A stretch of 46,267 nt of DNA from a bacterium (GTDB lineage: Bacteria; Patescibacteriota; Microgenomatia; Levybacterales; UBA12049). A program made the position numbers and the translations under genes. The number at the start of each line of letters is the position of its first letter. Within the stretch, counting starts at the first letter, position 1. This document shows positions 9,128 to 16,897 of this stretch, piece after piece. A model generated the notes under the pieces. It was not told where the DNA came from and ran no database searches. It saw nothing but the letters and a program-made list of their open reading frames with translations. The stretch is from assembly GCA_021813145.1 (NCBI GenBank), contig JAKALS010000002.1:101595-147861 (forward strand), read 5' to 3'.

Positions 9128-10300
9128 TTAAAACTCCTGTAACTGGTTGTCATACAAAGCTGCTCCAAACCAGAGCCAGTTTTGCTCATAGTAAGGGAGA
9201 TTCGAGTTAAAAGAATTTGTGTCGTTTGAATAAAGACTTAATATCTTATCCTGATAAACTTTTTTTGCCAGAGAAGGATCGTTTACCAAAAAAAACGCAA
9301 GTGAAGTTGAGTACATTACGGGTCCTTCGTTTTGGCTGACAACACTTCCGTCATGGGCGTAAACACTCGCCAACTTTCCATTCTGTTTATACAGTGAAAT
9401 CAAAAAATTAAAATTATGTTTAAGGTAATTAAGCGCCTGTTGAGAATTATTCCAATGGTAATCAAGGTATATTCTCCAGGGTATTCTTACCGCTTCGTAT
9501 GCATAGTTTGTCGTAAGTCCGGAAATACCGGTTGGAGTTATTTGTCCGGTCGACTGGTCCATCGATATCCAATCGGGAGGAAGGCCTACGGATTTACTTT
9601 TATCCAAAGGCAAAGAACTTGAATTTTTTAACATCCCGTATCCCGGATTTATTAAAGAGTTCCAGTCGTGCTGTTTATCAACCTGGGCAAACACCCTGTA
9701 CTCGTATGGAGCAAAGTAAGAGGGATTGATTATAAGTTTTCCCTTAACATTGGCCCAGTTTCCTGCGGTTAAATAGCGTTTTCCGCTTGCAGTTCCCACT
9801 TCTATTTTCCATATATCGTTAAGTATCGGCATCGCCTGCGAAAGATATGAGGGTTGGTTCCATCTTTTAGAAGCCAGGATTAAGGCAAAGGCTATATCTT
9901 CGTCTGCGTCGCTTGCGGAATTCATGTCGCTTGCGCTCTGGAATCCATAAGTACCGTTGCTTTTCTTGCCCCATCTCCATCCGAATAGCCAGTCGTTCGG
10001 CCTTTTTAAATCGTTTTTTGTCCATGTCCAGGCGTTATCAAAAGTCGTTTTATCCCCTATCCATACGGCTCTTAACATTGCATAAGATTGTGCTTCAGAA
10101 GTTGTAATTCCTCCCTGGGAATAATCTATTACTCTTCCCTGCGGATTCATGAACTGGGTTTTATATTTTTCCCACGAGGAAGAAAGTAGGGTATATGTAG
10201 AAAAAGTAGGATTTTGGTTAGTAACCTTTGATGTAAAAAATACGTATAAAACCAAAATAATACTTATAAAAATTAAAAAGTATCCGATAATGTTTTTCAT
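9128..10300 (-). CDS. Glycoside hydrolase family 8 (BcsZ-like endoglucanase) with N-terminal membrane anchor
   Basis: TTSEAQSYAMLRAV, LFGWRW, NSASDADEDIAFALILA, INPSYFAP, GLPPDW, YEAVRIPWR, YYEQNW. Confidence 0.92.
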   Translation of the reverse strand: MKNIIGYFLIFISIILVLYVFFTSKVTNQNPTFSTYTLLSSSWEKYKTQFMNPQGRVIDYSQGGITTSEAQSYAMLRAVWIGDKTTFDNAWTWTKNDLKRPNDWLFGWRWGKKSNGTYGFQSASDMNSASDADEDIAFALILASKRWNQPSYLSQAMPILNDIWKIEVGTASGKRYLTAGNWANVKGKLIINPSYFAPYEYRVFAQVDKQHDWNSLINPGYGMLKNSSSLPLDKSKSVGLPPDWISMDQSTGQITPTGISGLTTNYAYEAVRIPWRIYLDYHWNNSQQALNYLKHNFNFLISLYKQNGKLASVYAHDGSVVSQNEGPVMYSTSLAFFLVNDPSLAKKVYQDKILSLYSNDTNSFNSNLPYYEQNWLWFGAALYDNQLQEF

Positions 10301-10956
10301 AATAGGTTTCGCAAAATAGGAACAGAATTCATTCTGCTTCTTCTATAAATAATTCTTTCTTTAAGACTTTGGGGAATACTCATTTGCGATTTATCTATAA
10401 GCGTAAGACCCGTTACAAAGAAAAATGTCGCAAAACCCAGAAGTATTACTCTTATTGTCGGCGCATAAACGCTTGAAGCATAATAATCCTGTTCGGGAAT
10501 AATTTGGGAAATACCCGGAGGAGGCGAAGGCGGAGTATAAGCTTTTTTAATTACATTCTGAACATTTAAAGGAACTACTTCGGGAACAGAAGGGTGAGGG
10601 ATGGGTGTCGGCGACGGAGTTGGATCGGGCGTAGTATTTACAACAGGAGCAACTTTATCGGGCTTTGATGTTGGAGCAGGAGTAGGGGCGGGAGTCTTTT
10701 TTTCGTGAGAAGTACTTGGAACGGGAGTAGGGCTACTGCTTGGCATAGGAGAAGAACTGGGCGTAGGAGAGGCCGAAGGAGCAGGACTCGAACTTGGTAT
10801 AGGACTTGAACTCGGAGACGGGGTGGTACTTGGCGGGGCGGTAGATTCGGGTAAGGGTGTGGGGGTAGAAACAGGCAATGAAATCTGCGCAAAAGCAGTT
10901 GAAAAGTTTAAAGAAAAAAATAAAATTGATGCTGTAATCATTGCAAAATATTTCAT
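10297..10956 (-). CDS. Ser/Thr/Pro-rich secreted protein with C-terminal membrane anchor
   Basis: Signal peptide ending TAFA; PSSSPx hexapeptide repeats and PTP motifs; TM IRVILLGFATFFFVTGLTLI then a basic tail; strong SD AAGGAGG; ATGA overlap with the GH8 gene. Confidence 0.85.
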   Translation of the reverse strand: MKYFAMITASILFFSLNFSTAFAQISLPVSTPTPLPESTAPPSTTPSPSSSPIPSSSPAPSASPTPSSSPMPSSSPTPVPSTSHEKKTPAPTPAPTSKPDKVAPVVNTTPDPTPSPTPIPHPSVPEVVPLNVQNVIKKAYTPPSPPPGISQIIPEQDYYASSVYAPTIRVILLGFATFFFVTGLTLIDKSQMSIPQSLKERIIYRRSRMNSVPILRNLL

Positions 10957-11007
10957 AAAATAGCCCTCCTTCTTATTGCTTTTATCTTAAAGCTTTGAGC
11001 TTAAACG

Positions 11008-11042
11008 ATTACAAGAAATATGTAAGAAAACTGCAAGATAAA
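11008..11042 (-). promoter_or_regulatory. Promoter of the four-gene glucan operon overlapped by three 11-bp-spaced direct repeats
   Basis: Minus TTGCAG-17-TGTAAT; plus-strand repeats TACAAGAAATA / TGTAAGAAAAC / TGCAAGATAAA at 11010, 11021, 11032. Confidence 0.5.
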
Positions 11043-11073
11043 AGCAGACTTAGAGTATTGCTATAATATGGAT

Positions 11074-11805
11074 ATGGAAAATAAAGATAAAACTGTTCGT
11101 TTGGATAAATTTCTATCGGACGCGGGAATAGTTTCGAGGCGCGGGGTAAAGCAGCTTCTTAAAAAGGAAGAAATAACCGTAAACGGAAAAAGGGTCCGCG
11201 AATCCGGAACAAGAATAATTGCAGGAAAAGATAAAATAGAAATTAACGGTTACCCTGTTAAAAAACCGGGGAAAGTTTACTTTATATTAAATAAACCCAT
11301 AGGATATATTTCTACAACATCGGACGAGCTTTACAGGGAAAATGTAGTTTCACTGATAGACACGCCCGAAAGGATATACCCCATCGGAAGGCTTGATAAA
11401 GATACTCACGGACTTATTCTTTTGACAAACGACGGAGAATTAACGCATAAACTTATCCATCCGAGATACCATGTAAATAAAACTTACCTTTTAAAAATAA
11501 AAGGAACCGTAAAGCCCATACAATTAAAAATATTAAGGGAGGGCGTAATGCTCGAAGACGGAATTACACTGCCCGCAACGGTTGATATAGAATCGGTAAA
11601 AAGCGATAAAACTGTCCTTAAGATGACAATACATGAAGGGCGAAACAGACAAATAAGAAGAATGTGCGAAGCGTTGGGGCTTGAGCTTTTGGATCTTCAG
11701 AGAATAGAGTTCGGTCCCCTAAGGCTGGGGAAATTAAAAGCGGGAGAATACCGAAATCTTACTAAAACAGAACTTGAATCCCTAAAGAAATCCGCTAACT
11801 TTTAA
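11074..11805 (+). CDS. rluB: rRNA pseudouridine synthase, RsuA/RluB family
   Basis: S4 domain (VRLDKFLS.AGIVSRR), LNKPIGY, catalytic GRLDKDT.GL.LLTNDG, HPRY.V.KTY, EGRNRQIRRM. Start moved from 11068 to 11074 because TATAAT (11062-11067) directly abuts the first ATG. Confidence 0.9.
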   Translation: MENKDKTVRLDKFLSDAGIVSRRGVKQLLKKEEITVNGKRVRESGTRIIAGKDKIEINGYPVKKPGKVYFILNKPIGYISTTSDELYRENVVSLIDTPERIYPIGRLDKDTHGLILLTNDGELTHKLIHPRYHVNKTYLLKIKGTVKPIQLKILREGVMLEDGITLPATVDIESVKSDKTVLKMTIHEGRNRQIRRMCEALGLELLDLQRIEFGPLRLGKLKAGEYRNLTKTELESLKKSANF

Positions 11806-11810
11806 TCACT

Positions 11811-11845
11811 AAAAAACAACCCATTGCTTAATGCAAATGGGTTGT
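11811..11845 (-). terminator. Intrinsic terminator between convergent rluB and the secreted peptide gene
   Basis: ACAACCCATTGC-TTAAT-GCAAATGGGTTGT stem with one bulge; T-run follows on the minus strand; may also act on the plus strand. Confidence 0.8.
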
Positions 11846-11866
11846 CTCTATTTCTATTATAAACTA

Positions 11867-12139
11867 TTAGTGACAGGCATTACTATTGTTATATCCTGTC
11901 GCTCCGGGTTCCTGACCTACCGCTCCATTATGAGAGCCCGGTGCTCCTCCATTTGTTCCAAAAGAACTGCTGTTATACCCCCGGCCATGACCACCTGCAT
12001 AAACAGAATTCTGATAGTTAAAAGCACCATGGACTGCTCCGCAGGCAGAGGCGTTATTTGCGCCACCTTCTGCAAATGCACCTGCCGCGCTGGTCAAAAG
12101 TAAACCTGCAACCGCTGCTCCGATCAAAAATTTTTTCAT
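11867..12139 (-). CDS. Small secreted Gly/Asn/Ala/Ser-rich protein with two cysteines (90 aa)
   Basis: Sec signal peptide MKKFLIG...AGAFA; strong SD GGAGGTG; tandem stops TAA TAG; followed by a terminator. Confidence 0.88.
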   Translation of the reverse strand: MKKFLIGAAVAGLLLTSAAGAFAEGGANNASACGAVHGAFNYQNSVYAGGHGRGYNSSSFGTNGGAPGSHNGAVGQEPGATGYNNSNACH

Positions 12140-12174
12140 TTTTTCACCTCCCCTCTAGCTAAAAGTTATAAGAC

Positions 12175-12273
12175 TTAAATGAATAAAAGATGAACGAAAA
12201 ATAACTCGCTGCCCAAAATCAGGCCGTAAAAAATCCCGCCAAAAACGGAATTAGCAGTGATTAAATTTTTCAT
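12175..12273 (-). CDS. Possible 32-aa hydrophobic small protein MKNLITANSVFGGIFYGLILGSELFFVHLLFI
   Basis: ATG...TAA ORF below the ORF-track cutoff, TM-like composition, co-oriented 35 nt upstream of the secreted peptide gene; no clear SD. Confidence 0.35.
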   Translation of the reverse strand: MKNLITANSVFGGIFYGLILGSELFFVHLLFI

Positions 12274-12359
12274 TTAATCGTATTTTCATTGACCTGTAAT
12301 TACACTCTTAAAATAAAAAGTCAAGTTTTACTGTCGAATCATTAAAACCCCGATTTTCT

Positions 12360-12388
12360 TTGACTTATAAAGCAATCGGTTGTAAAAT
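12360..12388 (+). promoter_or_regulatory. Sigma70-type promoter of the HTH gene, leaderless geometry
   Basis: TTGACT(12360-12365)-17-TAAAAT(12383-12388)-8 nt-ATG. Confidence 0.75.
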
Positions 12389-12396
12389 CTTTTGCC

Positions 12397-12849
12397 ATGG
12401 TAAAGCAAGAACGGGAAATAGTCCGCGACAGAACACTTCCATATGGAGAAACAAGAACAAAAATAAAAAACTTAATTGCCGGACGGGAAGGAGAATACGT
12501 ATCCGTGTCCGAGCTGGCAAGGCAAGTTAACCTTGCAAAGCAAACGGTAAGTATACATTTACAGAAACTTTCTAAAGACGGTGTTCAATTGCCCCTAACA
12601 AGGGAGCAATATCTTAGACAGCAAAAAGAAAGGAAGTTAACCGCAAAAAAAGCAGAAGAAGAAGCAAAAGATAATTTGAGGGCGGAGATAATAAGGCTTC
12701 GAAGGGAACAAAGGCTCGGAAACGCAGAAATTTCTTCTTTAACAGGTATTCCCGTAACTAGAGTAGAACATATTGTAGATTCTCAAAGAAGAAATGATGC
12801 TTCACTTAGGCTTAGGAGCAAACGCGGAACAAGAAAAAAAATTCTTTAG
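12397..12849 (+). CDS. Putative DNA-binding protein with two helix-turn-helix motifs
   Basis: VSVSELARQVNLAKQTVSIHLQKL, a charged helical linker, then LGNAEISSLTGIPVTRVEHIV; basic tail. Confidence 0.75.
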   Translation: MVKQEREIVRDRTLPYGETRTKIKNLIAGREGEYVSVSELARQVNLAKQTVSIHLQKLSKDGVQLPLTREQYLRQQKERKLTAKKAEEEAKDNLRAEIIRLRREQRLGNAEISSLTGIPVTRVEHIVDSQRRNDASLRLRSKRGTRKKIL

Positions 12850-12861
12850 CTTCACACCTAA

Positions 12862-14028
12862 TTAGTTCCTATTTCTTAGGAATGCGGGAATGTCCCATGC
12901 ATCGTCGTCTGTTACTTCCGGCTGCGAAGGAGCGGGTTCGGTAACCGGAGCCTGAACAGGCTGCTGCTGCGACTGGCCGTTTCCATTGCTGATTCCTATT
13001 CCGTTATTAACAATAGACTGTGCGCTTTCGATTTTTCTTGTAACCGGAGTTACAAACTCTTTAAGGGTTTGCCTTGTTAAATCAAATCCTGTGGCAATAA
13101 CCGTAATTTTTATCTGGTCATGCATCGTCTCATCTATTGTTGCTCCGAATATTATGTTTGCATCGGGATCCGCCGAAGATGCAATAATTTTTGCCGCTTC
13201 GTCTACTTCGTTCATTGTAATATCAGGACCGCCGATAATATTGAATAATACTCCCCTTGCCCCTTCCATAGATATTTCCAAAAGGGGCGATGCAACTGCG
13301 CTTCTTGCCGCGGTCTGTGCCCTGTTTTCCCCAACTCCTGTTCCTATTCCCATAAGAGCGGAGCCCGCATCGGACATGATAGTCCTGACATCGGCAAAAT
13401 CCACATTTATAAGCCCCGGCAAAGTTATAAGGTCTGATATCCCCTGAACTCCCTGGGTTAATACCGAATCAGCAACCTTGAACGCTTCCAAAAGAGACAG
13501 TTTTCTGTCCACCACATCCAAAATACGCTGATTCGGTATAACAATTAGCGTATCGACTTTGTCTTTAAGCTCTTCTATTCCGTCTTCTGCATTTACCATT
13601 CTTCTAGTCCCTTCAAATGCAAAAGGCTTTGTTACTATTGCAACCGTTAATGCGCCCACTTCTTTTGCCGCTCTTGCTATAACGGATGTCGCTCCTGTTC
13701 CTGTTCCTCCTCCCATTCCTGCCGCAAGAAAAAGCATGTCTGTTCCTTCAATTATTTCTTTTATTTTTTCGTAAGATTCTTCCGCCGCCTGTGTTCCTAT
13801 CTCCGGATTTCCTCCCGAACCGAGACCTTTGGTAAGATTTTCTCCTATCTGAAGTTTTGTCGCGGCCTGGCACATTAAAAGGGCCTGCGCATCGGTATTC
13901 ACGGAAATAAAATCAACTCCCTGAATGTTGCTTTGGGAGATCATGGAATTGAGGGCGTTATTGCCTCCACCACCTATTCCCATTACGCGGATTTTTGCGA
14001 AATTAGTGGTTTGAGGCTTGATTAACAT
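12862..14028 (-). CDS. ftsZ: Cell division protein FtsZ
   Basis: [25 protein letters not shown] tubulin signature, INVDFAD, C-terminal DIPAFLR. Confidence 0.99.
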   Translation of the reverse strand: MLIKPQTTNFAKIRVMGIGGGGNNALNSMISQSNIQGVDFISVNTDAQALLMCQAATKLQIGENLTKGLGSGGNPEIGTQAAEESYEKIKEIIEGTDMLFLAAGMGGGTGTGATSVIARAAKEVGALTVAIVTKPFAFEGTRRMVNAEDGIEELKDKVDTLIVIPNQRILDVVDRKLSLLEAFKVADSVLTQGVQGISDLITLPGLINVDFADVRTIMSDAGSALMGIGTGVGENRAQTAARSAVASPLLEISMEGARGVLFNIIGGPDITMNEVDEAAKIIASSADPDANIIFGATIDETMHDQIKITVIATGFDLTRQTLKEFVTPVTRKIESAQSIVNNGIGISNGNGQSQQQPVQAPVTEPAPSQPEVTDDDAWDIPAFLRNRN

Positions 14029-14034
14029 AGGCGA

Positions 14035-14063
14035 ATACTAGCAAATAAAAAAAGATTTTGCAA
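14035..14063 (-). promoter_or_regulatory. Dedicated ftsZ promoter, leaderless geometry
   Basis: TTGCAA(14063-14058)-17-TAGTAT(14040-14035) with extended TG, 6 nt, ATG. Confidence 0.65.
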
Positions 14064-14105
14064 GTTCTTACTTTACCGGCTTTACGGCTTTATAAACTAA
14101 AAAGT

Positions 14106-15419
14106 TTAAGGCAGAAATGATTTAAAGAAGGACAGGCCTTTAGATATATATTTTCCGAATTTAAGGGAACCTAAAGAACCGACACCGGGAATCTTTGGCA
14201 TGGAAAATCCAAAAGGCATCGAACTTTCCGCCTCCACTCCTTGTCCGTAAGTCGCAAGGCCTATCACCGTGGAGAAACTTGGATTATCTTGTATTTCGTC
14301 GATTATTCCTTTAATGTTAGTCGGAAAACCCACTCTTACCGGCATTGCAAGCATTCTTTTTGCGGCTTCGGTTATTCCTATTGTTCTTGCTCCTCCTCCC
14401 GTTACGACCAGACCCGAGGGTGTTTGTCCTGCATAACCGCTTTTTTTAATTTCCAGCCCTACCATAGTAAATATCTCGTTGAGTCTTGGCCTTATAATTC
14501 CGTCGACAAGAGTTTTTTGCGAGACTTTTACCAATTCTTCTGGAAGATTTAAAGAAGACAAATCTACTTCGTCAGGTTTTTCGGTTTTTTTTGTCTCCCC
14601 TAAAATCGATTCTTCGACTCTTACGGGTTTTTTAACCGGATTTGAAAGGAAAAGTTTTATTTTTTCGGCAGACTCTAGGGAAATCCTAAGCCCTATCGCC
14701 AAATCGTTTGTTATATGCCTTGCGCCTATGGGAAGTACCGAAGAATATGCGACGGAACCTTCGACATAAATACATATGTCTGTTGTCCCCGCACCGATAT
14801 CTACCAAAACTACCCCCAACTCTTTTTCTGTCTCGGAAAGGACGGATAACGAGCTTGCGTATCCGCTTGATACTATAGAGTCAACATCCACACCAACTTC
14901 GGAAAATGCCTTTTCCATATTTCTTATCGATGTGCTCCCCGCGGAAATAATATGTGTATCTACTTCGAGCCTTACTCCTGTCATTCCAATCGGATCTTTT
15001 ATTCCTTCCTGTCCGTCTACTATGTAACTCCTTGGAAGTACATGAATTATTTCCCTGCTTGAAGGAAGAGAAACTGCTTTTGCCGCATCTATTACTCTTG
15101 TTAAGTCTGTTTCTCTTATTTCTCCCTCCGGCTGGGCAACAGCAACTACTCCTCTGGAATTCTGAGACTCTATATGATTTCCTCCTATTGAAGCTATTAT
15201 ATGTGAGGCCGAATATCCGGCCATCCTTTCGGCACCTTCCAAAGAAGTATTTATTGCTGAAACTGCTTCTTCGATATCGACAATTTGCCCTCTTTTTACG
15301 CCGTTGGAAGATACTTCGGAGACACCTAAAACGTTTACCGATTCATCTACTTTGGCAATTAAAGTAACTATTTTTGAGGTTCCTACATCTACTCCTACTA
15401 CAATTTTACCTTCAGTCAT
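14106..15419 (-). CDS. ftsA: Cell division protein FtsA
   Basis: GVDVGTSKI, DPIGMTGVRLE, VDIGAGTTD, AEKIK, VVTGGGA, amphipathic C-terminal helix (KGLSFFKSFLP). Confidence 0.98.
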   Translation of the reverse strand: MTEGKIVVGVDVGTSKIVTLIAKVDESVNVLGVSEVSSNGVKRGQIVDIEEAVSAINTSLEGAERMAGYSASHIIASIGGNHIESQNSRGVVAVAQPEGEIRETDLTRVIDAAKAVSLPSSREIIHVLPRSYIVDGQEGIKDPIGMTGVRLEVDTHIISAGSTSIRNMEKAFSEVGVDVDSIVSSGYASSLSVLSETEKELGVVLVDIGAGTTDICIYVEGSVAYSSVLPIGARHITNDLAIGLRISLESAEKIKLFLSNPVKKPVRVEESILGETKKTEKPDEVDLSSLNLPEELVKVSQKTLVDGIIRPRLNEIFTMVGLEIKKSGYAGQTPSGLVVTGGGARTIGITEAAKRMLAMPVRVGFPTNIKGIIDEIQDNPSFSTVIGLATYGQGVEAESSMPFGFSMPKIPGVGSLGSLKFGKYISKGLSFFKSFLP

Positions 15420-15427
15420 AAGGCTAA

Positions 15428-15838
15428 TTAAAAGACAATTACCGGTTTATCATACCGAAAATCCAGCGATTTAAACCGTTTCCCTTCTATTGTAAGCCGT
15501 GAGAGGATTAGTTGTAAAGAGGAGATTTGATTTTCAATATTTTTATCGGTGGAAATTATTACCTGACTGCCGTCGTTAAGAGTCACCAGATAGGACGAGT
15601 CCGAGGAAATGTCTACCCTTGTAAAGGGTATGTTATATTTTTCCAGTTCACCCTGCAACTGGTCATGCCTCTGGTTGCTGATTTGCTGGGCCAAAGGACT
15701 TAAAACACCTTTTTTAGGTATAAGGTAATTTAATGCAAGATATCCTGAAAATAAAACAAGAAGAATAAAAAAAGCGAAAAGAAAAATTTTAATTTCGCCG
15801 AAAAGCCTATTTTTTAATTTTCTTTTTTTTATGGACAT
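15428..15838 (-). CDS. ftsQ: Short FtsQ/DivIB-like protein
   Basis: Single N-terminal TM, C-terminal LDFRYDKPVI motif, position between murG and ftsA; only 136 aa. Confidence 0.65.
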   Translation of the reverse strand: MSIKKRKLKNRLFGEIKIFLFAFFILLVLFSGYLALNYLIPKKGVLSPLAQQISNQRHDQLQGELEKYNIPFTRVDISSDSSYLVTLNDGSQVIISTDKNIENQISSLQLILSRLTIEGKRFKSLDFRYDKPVIVF

Positions 15839-16895
15839 TTTTTAATACCGCCACAATCCTTTGGGCAGATCCTTCCTCAAAATAATTAACGGGTTTTTTG
15901 TAAGAATTTATATTTTTGAATACCTTCTCAATTATATCGGAAAAACTTGCGGGATTTGCATTTTTCTGTTCAAGAATTTCTCCCAATTTATGTTCTTTTA
16001 CAAACATTGCATTTTTAAGCTGTTCGTTGTTTTGAGAGAAAGGAATAGGAATAAGTACGGAAGGTTTTCCTAAAAACATAATCTCCGAAACAGTGTTTAT
16101 TCCCGCTCTTGAAACTATCATATCGCAGTCTCTTAAAAGATGAGCCGACTCCAGGGGCGTAAGAAATTTTTTAACCTCGTATCTTTCATCCTGAAGTTTT
16201 TCGAGCGTGTCAAAATCTTTATATTCTTTTGCATCTCCGCACTGGTGAAAAATCCTGAAGGTCTTTAGAAGATCCGGAAGCGAATCTCTAACAAGGGAAT
16301 TTATGAAATGCGACCCCAGACTTCCTCCTGTTATATAAAGGAGAGGCAAATCACCTTTATTTTTTTCTTCTTTTGAAACTTTCAAAATTTCTTTTCTTAA
16401 CGGGTTTCCGGTAAGAACTACTTTGCTTTTGGGGAAAAATCTCTGGGAAGAGTCCCAGGAAATACATACTCTGGACGCAAACTTTGACGCTATTTTATTC
16501 GCCATACCTACCTCAAATGTCTGCTCATGAATTACAACGGGGATTCTAAGGGCATATGCCGCAATTATTACGGGGAGCGAAACATAACTGCCGAATCCTA
16601 ATACTATGTCTGGTTTAAATTTATTGAGGACATAAAAGCTTTGGGAAAATCCGACCGGAAATTTAAGCATAGAAGGAAGTGTATGCCTGGTAAACTTTCT
16701 CTGTAGTCTTCCGGTTATAATCGGAAAAAATCCTATCCCCATTTCGGTAATAGTTCTGTATTCCAAAGAGTTTGCTCTATCCCCCTCCAGAGCCCTTTTC
16801 CTTCCGACATAAAGGACCTCGTTTTTACCTTTCCTTAATTCATCTATTACCGATAAAGCGGGAGACAAGTGTCCCCCCGTAATTAGTACTCTCAT
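15807..16895 (-). CDS. murG: Lipid II synthase, GlcNAc transferase MurG
   Basis: TGGHLSPA, IHEQ, TGNPLR, ITGGSLGS, SRAG.NT.SE, EQLKNA. Confidence 0.97.
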   Translation of the reverse strand: MRVLITGGHLSPALSVIDELRKGKNEVLYVGRKRALEGDRANSLEYRTITEMGIGFFPIITGRLQRKFTRHTLPSMLKFPVGFSQSFYVLNKFKPDIVLGFGSYVSLPVIIAAYALRIPVVIHEQTFEVGMANKIASKFASRVCISWDSSQRFFPKSKVVLTGNPLRKEILKVSKEEKNKGDLPLLYITGGSLGSHFINSLVRDSLPDLLKTFRIFHQCGDAKEYKDFDTLEKLQDERYEVKKFLTPLESAHLLRDCDMIVSRAGINTVSEIMFLGKPSVLIPIPFSQNNEQLKNAMFVKEHKLGEILEQKNANPASFSDIIEKVFKNINSYKKPVNYFEEGSAQRIVAVLKNVHKKKKIKK

Positions 16896-16897
16896 TT

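Noticed and set aside
10638-10892. Tandem DNA repeat, CRISPR-like array or alternative-frame ORF in the Pro-rich gene
   Set aside because: The repeats are protein-level with divergent codons, with no identical repeat-spacer structure and no cas genes; the 84-aa ORF is a shadow frame.
12140-12396. c-di-GMP or other riboswitch in the long intergenic region near the glucan operon
   Set aside because: I could not recognise a GEMM or other aptamer consensus by eye; a covariance-model search would be needed to exclude it fully.
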